Source of the DNA: Octopus vulgaris
Lineage: Eukaryota
DNA length: 64,000 nucleotides
Reading direction: 5' to 3'
Assembly: GCA_951406725.2 (NCBI GenBank)
Contig: OX597820.1
Location: 72,664,001 to 72,728,000, forward strand
Within the stretch, counting starts at the first letter, position 1. Each line of letters begins with the position of its first letter. Positions 54,668 to 64,000 of this stretch are shown in pieces. Below the pieces are notes generated by a model. That model saw only the letters and a program-made list of their open reading frames with translations, ran no database searches and had not been told where the DNA came from. Position numbers and translations under genes: made by a program.

Positions 54668-55199
54668 TCACATATATATATATATATGTATGTATGTATG
54701 TGTGTGTGTGTGTGTTTGTATATGTTTGTGTGTCTGTGTCCCACCCTTCCCCAATATCACTTGACAACCGATGGTGGTGTGTTTACGTCCCCGTAACTTA
54801 GTAGTTCGGCAAAAAGAGACCGATAGAATAAGTACTTGGCTTACAAACAATAAGTCCTGGGGTCGATTTGCTCGACTAAAGTCGGTGCTCCAGCATGGCT
54901 GCAATCAAATGACTGAGACAAGTAAAAGAGTAAGAGTATGATATTTTGATGGAAGGTCACTTTAAAAAGCAGAAAGTTTGTATCCTAGAATTAAGTACAG
55001 TATCTGGTGGGTTGGTACCAAAAGGGGACAGGCATGGCTATGAAGATACAGACTAATCCTATGGTCTTCAGTTCTCTGTCAGCACTGTCCCTTTGGGAAG
55101 TGTCTTCTACTGCAACCTGGATCCAACCAAAGCCTTGTGAGGAAATTTGGTAAATTGGTAGATGAAAATTGTAAATGCTTTGTGGAAAAATTAACTTTC

Positions 55200-56250
55200 A
55201 ATTTAAGACAATGCATTTAGTATGGCAGAGGGTGGGGGGAATAGTTGATTGAATTAACTGATGGACCATAAGAGCATGAACGGCAAAGTTGACCCTGGCA
55301 GAATCTGAATTAAGAATTTCTGGGACTGGCACAAGTATTCTTTTCGGCTCTAGGTACAATGCTCGAAATTTTGGGAGAGGGAGCCAGTCTATTAGATCAA
55401 CACCAGTATTCAACTGGCACTTCATTTATTGATCCCTGAAAGGATGAAAGGCAAAGTCGACCTAGATGGAATTTGAACTCAGAACATAAAGACAGGCGAA
55501 ATATGGCTAAGCATTTCGCCCAGTGAGCTGGCTGAAGCATTAGCATGCCAGGTGAAATACTTAGCGGTATTTCGTCTGCCGTTACATTCTGAGTTCAAAT
55601 TCCACCGAGGTTGATTTTGCCTTTCATCCTTTTGGGGTCAATAAATTAAATACCAGTTACACATTGGGTCGATCTAATCGACTTAATCCATTTGTCTGTC
55701 CTTGTTTGTCTCCTCTGTGTTTAACCCCTTGTAGGTAGTGAAGAAATAGGTATTGCATCTCTCTTTACATTCTGAGTTCAAATTCTGCCCAGGTCAACTT
55801 TGCCTTTCATCCTTTCAGGATGGATAAATTAAGTACCAGTTGTGTACTGGGATCAAACTAATCAACTGCATCCCTGTAAAAATTTCGGGCCTTGTGCCTA
55901 GAGTAGAAAAGAAGTGAGAAAGACAAGACAGGTGAAATACCTATTTCTTTACTACCCACAGGGGGCTAGACACAGAGGGGACAAACAAGGACAGACACAC
56001 GGATTAAGTCGATTACATCGACCCCTGTGCGTAACTAGTATTTAATTTATCGACCCCGAAAGGATGAAAGGTAAAGTCGACCTCGGCGGAATTTGAACTC
56101 AGAACGTAACGGCAGACGAAATACTGCTGAGCATTTCGCCCGGCGTACTAACGATTCTGCCAGCTCGCCGCTGAGTTCAAATTCCACCTAGGTGAAATAC
56201 CACTAATCCTTTTGCCCAGCATGCTGTTTCTACCAACTCGCTGCCTTGGG
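55200..56250. repeat. Cluster of at least five SINE B copies or fragments in mixed orientation
   Basis: Minus ~55200-55520, plus 55521-55754, plus 55755-55912, minus 55937-56171, and fragments to ~56250. Confidence 0.85.
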
Positions 56251-57565
56251 GATAGCACAAATATTGCCAAGCATTGTTCTGAGGATATGAAATGTTTTGA
56301 CACTGCCATTTTGGTGCCATTTCTTTGGCATTACTGATTCAATGCTGACTAATTTGACATCAGACATTTTTAATGTTTCTCTCATTTTAATGCTTCTCTT
56401 CCTCCAGTTTTCTCTCCCGCCCTCCCACCTCTCTGTTTCTCTTTCTCATTTCTCACTTTGTGTATGTGGGTGAGAATATTTCTTTTTGTGTGTTTGAGGG
56501 GAGGGAAAGCGTTTATGCCAATCATTTTCAATTAATGAATTAAAATGTCTTTCCCTTTCTCATTCTTTCTATCTGTATTTGGATATTTCTACACACGTGT
56601 GCATGTGTGTGTGTGTCAGTGTGTGTATATATGTGTGTGTGTGAGAGTGTGTGTATGGGTGCACTTGTGTGTATCCATATGCATGAGGTGTATGTGAGTG
56701 CATGTTTGTGTATGAGTGTGTGTGTGTGCGTGTACATGCACTTGTGTGTTCATGCATGCATGTGTGTGTGTGTATGTGTGTACATGTGTATGTGTGTGCA
56801 TGCATATGTGTGTGCCTGTGTGCACTTGTGCATTCACACATGCATGTGTGTGTGTGTGTGTGTGTGTTCACCTCCAGCAGCAAATGATACTGTCGCCAAA
56901 ATAGGTTCAACATCCAGCCAGCCATGCCAAACATCCAGCTCCAAAACAGCTGCTTCCATTCAATTCATTCTTTTTCCTGTTGCTGTAACAATTCTGGCAA
57001 GCCTCTACCCAAATTTTCAACTAAGGAATCTTCCAATTGAAATCTAATATGATGTTTCATAATAATAAAATTTTATTCCCACGTTTAAGATTAAATTTGA
57101 GCACATTAACGGAAGCAGTTTCAGACAAGGTGAATTTAAAAGGACCAAAAACTGAGATCAACAATGCCAACTGTTAAGTCAAGGAACAGAATGAATAATG
57201 TTCCCTACCAAAAACCAATTTAATAATGATAATAATCCTTAAAATTCTAGGGGACTAGATACCATTGGATACCATTTTATCTAGGAACTAAATTTAGTTC
57301 ACTAGAAACTAACTTTTCAGGTACTTCATCTATGTCTTCATCTATGTTTTTATTTAAGATTTCATTTTCATCCTTGCTGATTTTATGTATACCCGCATGT
57401 ATTTAAGTATGCATACCTATATACAGGTGCAGAAGTAGCTGTGTGGTAAGAAGTTTGCTACTCAACCACATGGCTCCACATTCAGTCCCACTGCATGGCA
57501 CATTGGGCTGGTGTCTTCTACTATAGTCTTGTGAGTGGTAGACGGAAAACGGGAGGAAGCCTGTC

Positions 57566-57649
<84 letters not shown>

Positions 57650-57659
57650 ATATATACAT

Positions 57660-57987
57660 ATGGCACCTGTGCCAGTGGCACATAAAAAGCACCATCCGTA
57701 CGTGGTCGATGCCAGTGCCACCTTGACTGGCTTCCATGCCAATGGCATGTAAAAAGCACCAACCAATCGTGGCTGTTGCCAGCGTCCCCTGGCACCTGTG
57801 CCAGTGGCACATAAAAAATTCTCACTACACTCACGGAGTGGTTGGCATTAGGAAGGGCATCCAGCTGTAGAGACACTGCCAGATCAGACTGGAGCCTGGT
57901 GCAGCCTCCTGGCTTCCCAGACCCCGGTCAAATCATCCAACCCATGCTAGCATGGAAAACGGACGTTAAACGATGATGATGATGATG
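57660..57987 (+). mobile_element. RTE 3' UTR fragment. Similar fragments lie at ~650-765+, 3895-4020-, 10910-11270-, 13450-13680-, 16330-16600-, 18090-18220+, 19970-20110-, 21580-21970+, 35450-35800-, 46160-46410-, 51400-51550-, 59015-59440-
   Basis: Shared block ggaagggcatccagctgtag...gactggagcctggtgcagcc...aacccatgctagcatggaaaacggacgttaaacgatgatgat matches 63617-63760. Confidence 0.88.
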
Positions 57988-58272
57988 TGTGTGTGTGTGT
58001 GTATTTATGTATTTGTGTGTCTATGTTTGTCCCCCACACTATTGCTTGACAACAGATTTTGGTGTGTTTACATCCACATAACTTAGCAGTCCAGCAATAG
58101 AGGCCAATAGAATAAGTACTAAGCTTACAAAGAATAAATGCTGGGGTTGATTTGTTCGACTAAAGGCGTTGCACCAGCTATGCCACAGTCAAATGAATGA
58201 AAGAAGTAAAAGAATAAAAGAATATATATATCTTTTAATGTTTTACTCACATGAGTCATGTAGCTGCAGTCA

Positions 58273-58326
<54 letters not shown>

Positions 58327-58352
58327 TATACATGCATATATATATACATATA

Positions 58353-58392
<40 letters not shown>

Positions 58393-58414
58393 TATATATA
58401 CGTATATATACATA

Positions 58415-58455
<41 letters not shown>

Positions 58456-58478
58456 ATATATATATATATATGTATGTG

Positions 58479-58524
<46 letters not shown>

Positions 58525-58567
58525 TATACATGCAAATATATATATACATATATATATATGTATATAT

Positions 58568-58609
<42 letters not shown>

Positions 58610-58699
58610 GTATATATACATATGTGTTATATATATATATATATATATATATATACGTATATATACATATGTGTGTATATATATATATATGTATGTGTG

Positions 58700-58773
<74 letters not shown>

Positions 58774-58870
58774 ATCCAAACATGAAAACACAAAGAGAAA
58801 CCACAACAACGCGAGGACGTGGAACAAGTATAGTGTTATTGGACGCTCAGGAAAGAAAAAAAAAAAGAAG

Positions 58871-58906
58871 GATTCAACGTTTCAAGCGAAGCTCTTCGTC
58901 AGAAAC
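58871..58906 (-). ncRNA. Minimal hammerhead motif in a Penelope-like remnant (~58770-58980)
   Basis: Minus strand GTTT-CTGACGA-A-GAGC ttc GCTT-GAAAC-GTT-GAAT; stem I is weak. Confidence 0.6.
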
Positions 58907-58976
58907 ATAGGAAAAAGGAAAAGATCCAAGGAAGGGAAGACGGAGGAAAAAAAATCGCCAAGGATACACACACGGT

Positions 58977-59008
<32 letters not shown>

Positions 59009-59770
59009 CATAATCATCATCATCATCGTTTAACGTCTGCTTTCCAAGCTAGCATGGGTTGGATGATTTGACTGAGGACTGGTGAACCAGATGGTTGCAC
59101 CGGGCTCCAATCTGATCTGGCAGAGTTTCTACAGCTGGATGCCCTTCCTAATGCCAACCACTCCGAGAGCGTAGTGGGTGCTTTTACATGCCACTGGCAC
59201 AAGTGCCAGTCAGGTGGTACTGGCAACAGCCACGCTCAAGTGGTGTTTTTTATGTGCCACCTGCACAGGAGCCAATCTTGTGGCAATGGCAACAACCTCT
59301 CTTGAATGTTTTTCAGATGCCACTGGCACAAGTGCCAGTGAAGTGACACTAGTAACGATCACGTTTGAATGGTGCTTTTTACTTGCCACCAGCAAGGAAG
59401 CCACTCAGCTGCTCTGGCAGCGATCATGCTCAGATGGCATGGATATGCAGAATTAGGTAAGTTGGAATATGTCTGTCACATATTTCAACTGCTAAAAGAC
59501 AAATACACTGCAGTCACCATGGAGAAAAACATCTCACCTATGGCAAAAAGTTATGAAAACACCCAATTCATTCAGTGTCGCCATCTGTTAGGAATCCCAG
59601 ATACCGATGTTTCGAATTTTTTGACACTTGTCAATGAGATGTAGCTAAATATTTCAACTTACCTAATTCTGCTTATACTTACACACTGCTTTGCACTTAC
59701 ACTTCAATTGTGATATATATATACATATATATATACATATATATATACATATATATACATATATATATAC

Positions 59771-59833
<63 letters not shown>

Positions 59834-59968
59834 TATATATATATATAACCAGAACCGGAAGTTTCTGTTTCCTATCTTTCTTGACCCCGCACCCCTATGT
59901 AGGGTTTATTGTGATCATATAGCGCAAAAACTGTGAAATTTATGCAGGTTGTAGTCTAGAGTCTCAGT

Positions 59969-62900
59969 ATGATATCTGGCAAATGCAAGCTTTCTTTTCA
60001 GGTACATAACACTGCTGTCCCTCATCCCAGGGTCTCAGAGGCCCACACCTCCCACACCCTCAGGGTGGGCACCCTCAACGTTGGCACATTGAAAGGTAGG
60101 TCTGGCGAGATAGTCGAGATGCTTGAACGGAGACGTGTTGATGTATGTTGTATGCAAGAAATAAGGTGGAGAGGAGGATCTGCTAGGGTCCTCACAGGCA
60201 AGGAACACAGGTACAAGATTTTCTGGGCAGGGAACACTGACGGGGTTGGTGGCGTGGGTATACTTATCGCTGAGAAATGGATAGATAGAGTAATTGAGGT
60301 AATCAGAGTAAGTGACAGAATACTTAAGATTAGAATAGTGCTTCATAATAGATTAGCAACCATTATATCGGCCTATGCCCCTCAGCCAGGGCTACCCGAT
60401 GGACAGAAAGACAGTTTCTATGACACCCTACTGCAGACCACCTCATTGACGAACGACAGGGACCTTCTCTTTGTGGCTGGTGATTTCAATGGGCATGTTG
60501 GACGACATGCTGGGGGCTTCCATGGCGTACATGGAGGCTACGGTTATGGTTCCCGCAACGAGGAGGGTACCAGGCTGCTGGAGTTCTGCGATGCGAATAG
60601 TCTTATGGTCTGCAACACTAACTTCAGGAAACCAACAAGCCACCTGGTCACCTACCGATCGGGCCGGCATACTAGCCAAATCGACTACATCCTTGCCAGA
60701 AAAAGGGAAAGATGGCTGCTTATAAATGCCAAAACCTTCCCAGGCGAAGAATGCACCCCACAACATAGACTGGTAGTTAGTGACTTTAGGATCAGGACTA
60801 AGAGGGCGACTAGAAGACGACCAACATGGAGAAGAAGGGTCTGGAAGCTTAAAGCCCCTGCGAATGGACAGAGATTTAGAGATATGTTACTTGAAGCCTT
60901 TGACGAAGTGGAAGGGGGTATAGCTACACATGGGGTAGAAGACAACTGGACGTTTCTGAGGGACAACCTGCTGAAAGCTGCTGACCAGATCTGTGGCTGG
61001 TGCAAAGTCCCCTTAAGACCCAAAATAACGTGGTGGTGGAACAATATTGTTGACAGGGCTATTAGACAAAAGAAACAGGCTTGGAAGGCCTGGAAGAACG
61101 GTGGTAGCAGGGAAGGGTATCAGACTGCCAGAAGGGAAGCTAGGAGACAGGTCTATCTAGCCAGAGGGGAAGCAGATAAGAGAAAATTTGCCAATGTCCT
61201 GCGCCGTGAGGATGAAAGACTTGAGGTATTTCGTGTTGCAAGACAGTGTGTGAGAGAGAATCGTGATGTGGTAGGAGAGAAATGTGTTCGCATGGAGGAT
61301 GGTTCACTTGCGCTAAATGAGGATGCAAAGAGAGAAGCTTGGAGACGCCACTATGAAAGGTTACTGAATGAGGAAAATGAATGGGATAAAGAGAGTCTGC
61401 CGAATGTTGACCCTACAGAGGGACCAGCTATCCGAGTTGATAGTTCCGTGGTAGCTAAGGCAATTAGAAGCATGAAGACAGGGAAAGCCCCAGGCCCATC
61501 AGGAATTACTGCGGAGATGCTCAAAATATCTGGCAGTGTCGGCTATAACCTAGTCACCTGTATAGTCAACCAGGTGATACACGAAGGAGTCATACCCAAT
61601 GACTGGTGCAGCAGCATACTAGTCAACTGCTACAAAGGTAAAGGTGATGCCCTAGATACAAATAATTACAGAGGTATCAAGCTGTTGGATCAAGTAATGA
61701 AGGTTACGGAGAGGGTCATAGCCCAACTAATTAGAGAGAGAGTTAGTTTAGATGAGATGCAGTTTGGGTTCGTGCCAGGGAAAAGTACCACTGATGCTAT
61801 ATTCCTGGTAAGGCAGCTGCAGGAGAAATACCTAGCCAAAGATAAGCCCCTGTACCTGGCTTTCGTTGACATGGAGAAAGCTTTTGATAGGGTCCCCCGA
61901 TCCCTTATCTGGTGGTCAATGAGGAAACTAGGGATAGATGAATGGCTGGTGAGGACTGTGCAAGCCATGTACAGAGATGCCGTAAGTAAGGTTAGGGTTG
62001 GCAACATGTACACAGAAGAATTCAAAGTAGAGGTTGGGGTCCACCAGGGTTCAGTACTCAGCCCCCTCCTATTTATCATAGTACTCCAGGCAATTACGGA
62101 GGAATTCAAGACAGGCTGTCCCTGGGAGCTCCTCTACGCTGACGACCTTGCTCTTATTGCTGAGTCACTATCAGAACTGGAGGAGAAGTTCCAGGTGTGG
62201 AAGGAGGGTTTAGAATCAAGGGGCCTTAGAGTCAACCTAGCTAAAACCAAAGTACTAATAAGTAGAAAGGTAGACAATCCACAAATATCTTCAGGAAGAT
62301 GGCCCTGCTCGATCTGTAGAAAAGGTGTAGGTAGAAACTCTATAAGATGTACCCAGTGTAAGCTATGGACACATAAGAGGTGCAGCAATGTCAAAGGTAG
62401 GCTAACTGGGAAGATAGTTTTTGTATGTGGCAGATGCTCGGGAGCATTAACCTCCGAAAATCTGCAGAAAACAACTTCCGTCACTTTCCAGGGGGAAAAA
62501 CTAGAAGTAGTTGATAGCTTCCGTTATCTAGGTGACCAAGTCAGTAGTGGGGGTGGGTGCGCTGAAAGTGTAACTGCTAGAGTAAGAATAGCCTGGGCAA
62601 AGTTTAGGGAGCTCTTACCTCTGCTGGTGACTAAAGGCCTCTCGCTCAGAGTAAAAGGCAGACTGTATGATGCGTGTGTACGAACAGCCATGCTACATGG
62701 CAGCGAAACATGGGCCGTGACTGCTGAGGACATGCGTAAGCTCGTGAGGAATGAAGCCAGTATGCTCCGATGGATGTGTAATGTCAGTGTACATACTCGA
62801 CAGAGCGTTAGCACCTTGAGAGAAATGTTGTACCTAAGAAGCATCAGTTGTGGTGTGCAAGAGAGACGATTGCGCTGGTATGGTCATGTGGCGAGAATGG

Positions 62901-63091
62901 ATGAAGATAGGTGTGTGAGAAAGTGCCAATCCCTAGCAGTTGAGGGAACCCGTGGAAGAGGTAGACCCAGGAAAACCTGGGACGAGGTGGTGAAGCACGA
63001 CCTTCGAACTTTAGGCCTCACTGAGGAAATGACCAGAGACCGAGACCTTTGGAAATATTCTGTATGTGAGAAGACCAGGCAGGACAAGTGA
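59969..63091 (+). CDS. RTE-clade LINE polyprotein: APE endonuclease + reverse transcriptase, with an internal C4HC3 zinc finger
   Basis: Uninterrupted 1040-aa ORF. APE motifs GTLNVGTL, QEIRW, SAYAP, GDFNGHVG, SQIDYIL, QHRLV. RT motifs PGPSGI, YRGIKLL, QFGF, DMEKAFDRV, GVHQGSVLSP, YADD (62135), FRYLG. RTE-type C-terminus RLRWYGHVARM...RGRGRPRKTW. Confidence 0.96.
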   Translation: MISGKCKLSFQVHNTAVPHPRVSEAHTSHTLRVGTLNVGTLKGRSGEIVEMLERRRVDVCCMQEIRWRGGSARVLTGKEHRYKIFWAGNTDGVGGVGILIAEKWIDRVIEVIRVSDRILKIRIVLHNRLATIISAYAPQPGLPDGQKDSFYDTLLQTTSLTNDRDLLFVAGDFNGHVGRHAGGFHGVHGGYGYGSRNEEGTRLLEFCDANSLMVCNTNFRKPTSHLVTYRSGRHTSQIDYILARKRERWLLINAKTFPGEECTPQHRLVVSDFRIRTKRATRRRPTWRRRVWKLKAPANGQRFRDMLLEAFDEVEGGIATHGVEDNWTFLRDNLLKAADQICGWCKVPLRPKITWWWNNIVDRAIRQKKQAWKAWKNGGSREGYQTARREARRQVYLARGEADKRKFANVLRREDERLEVFRVARQCVRENRDVVGEKCVRMEDGSLALNEDAKREAWRRHYERLLNEENEWDKESLPNVDPTEGPAIRVDSSVVAKAIRSMKTGKAPGPSGITAEMLKISGSVGYNLVTCIVNQVIHEGVIPNDWCSSILVNCYKGKGDALDTNNYRGIKLLDQVMKVTERVIAQLIRERVSLDEMQFGFVPGKSTTDAIFLVRQLQEKYLAKDKPLYLAFVDMEKAFDRVPRSLIWWSMRKLGIDEWLVRTVQAMYRDAVSKVRVGNMYTEEFKVEVGVHQGSVLSPLLFIIVLQAITEEFKTGCPWELLYADDLALIAESLSELEEKFQVWKEGLESRGLRVNLAKTKVLISRKVDNPQISSGRWPCSICRKGVGRNSIRCTQCKLWTHKRCSNVKGRLTGKIVFVCGRCSGALTSENLQKTTSVTFQGEKLEVVDSFRYLGDQVSSGGGCAESVTARVRIAWAKFRELLPLLVTKGLSLRVKGRLYDACVRTAMLHGSETWAVTAEDMRKLVRNEASMLRWMCNVSVHTRQSVSTLREMLYLRSISCGVQERRLRWYGHVARMDEDRCVRKCQSLAVEGTRGRGRPRKTWDEVVKHDLRTLGLTEEMTRDRDLWKYSVCEKTRQDK

Positions 63092-63174
63092 GCCCAGCCC
63101 ACTTATGAATGCCTTTCCTCCCTTGGACACAAAGACCGGTTGAGGCAAGCGAAGTCGATATAGAACCTCATCCG

Positions 63175-63474
63175 ACGACAGACACCCATGCCAACCCCCC
63201 ATGCTTGCGAAGACATGTTGGGGCAAGCGAAATCGAAATCGAAATCGAAACCGAATTGAACCAGCCAGGATCCCTGGCCTGGTGGTACGTAAAAAGCACT
63301 ATCTGACTCGTGGCCGTGGCACGTAAAATACTCCAATGCGACCGTACGACAGGCACCCATGCCAACCCCCTTTGCTTGTGAAGACATGTTGGGGCAAGCG
63401 AAATCGAAATCGAATTGAACCAGCCAGGATCCCTGGTCTGGTGGTACGTAAAAGCACTATCCGACTCGTGGCCG
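63175..63474 (+). repeat. Internal duplication (~130-140 bp x2) in the RTE 3' UTR, with a variable (GAAATC)n tract
   Basis: cacccatgccaacccc...gaagacatgttggggcaagcgaaatc...gaattgaaccagccaggatccctgg...gactcgtggccg occurs at ~63175-63315 and ~63346-63474. Confidence 0.85.
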
Positions 63475-63758
63475 ATGCCAGCACCGCCTCGACTGGCTTC
63501 CGTGCCGGTGGCACATAAAATACACCAATCTGACCGTGGCCGTTGCCAGCCCCGCCTGGCACCTGTGCAGGTGGCACGTAAAAAGCACCCACTACACTCA
63601 CGGAGTGGTTGGCGTTAGGAAGGGCATCCAGCTGTAGAAACATTGCCAGATTAGACTGGAGCCTGGTGCAGCCTTCTGGCTTCCCAGAACCCCGGTCGAA
63701 CCGTCCAACCCATGCTAGCATGGAGAACGGACGTTAAACAACGATGATGATGATGATG

Positions 63759-63790
<32 letters not shown>

Positions 63791-63840
63791 ATATGTGTGT
63801 GTGTGTGTATTTATAAACATATAAAGATATATATATATTT

Positions 63841-63874
<34 letters not shown>

Positions 63875-63933
63875 GCACACATATATACATGCATGTATGT
63901 ATGTGTATGCATATATATACATATGTGTATGTA

Positions 63934-63984
<51 letters not shown>

Positions 63985-64000
63985 GTAAATGTAGTGATAT

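Larger units (their letters stand above)
52762..55026 (+). mobile_element. Old TTAA-type (piggyBac-like) MITE fragmented by nested insertions; related copy at ~17055-17490
   Basis: TTAA|CCCTTTTGTTACT ... GGTACCAAAAGGG. Pieces 52762-52854, 53929-53950, 54085-54124 and 54938-55026 are collinear with 17055-17155 + 17362-17490. Confidence 0.6.
59848..63760 (+). mobile_element. Full-length or near full-length RTE LINE inserted in a (TA)n/(ATAC)n microsatellite
   Basis: About 120 bp of leader follows the microsatellite, then the ORF, a ~670-bp 3' UTR, the palindrome CCATGCTAGCATGG (63710-63723) and a (GAT)n tail (63743-63760). TA-rich microsatellite flanks both sides, so a TSD cannot be resolved. 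Confidence 0.9.

Noticed and set aside
56868-57046. Possible minus-strand exon ending CTGGAG|GTGAAC
   Set aside because: No recognisable peptide, no clear acceptor and no partner exons.
60022-63102. Antisense and alternate-frame ORFs within the LINE
   Set aside because: Shadow ORFs of the RTE coding sequence.

Overview
AT-rich, microsatellite-dense eukaryotic DNA with no host protein-coding exon I can support. The repeat families and overall style suggest a cephalopod (Octopus-like) intergenic or intronic region; this is an inference. Most ORF-track entries are microsatellite artefacts. The window holds one apparently intact RTE-clade LINE (59969-63091, APE + RT, with a C4HC3 PHD-type finger inside the RT region) and many of its 3' fragments. 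It also holds decayed piggyBac, Tc1, Merlin/ISXO2, R4/Dong-like, Tx1/L1-like and second RTE elements, and three tRNA-derived SINE families. The most interesting signal is a set of non-coding repeats carrying minimal type I hammerhead ribozyme (HHR) motifs in tandem-plus-inverted layouts. One is a circularly permuted 349-bp retrozyme-like unit (23341-24200). Another is a tRNA-headed, (AAT)n-spaced HHR array (52853-53928). Truncated HHR motifs of further families lie at 25557, 47626 and 58871. Repeat boundaries were read by eye and are approximate unless a TSD or TIR is quoted.
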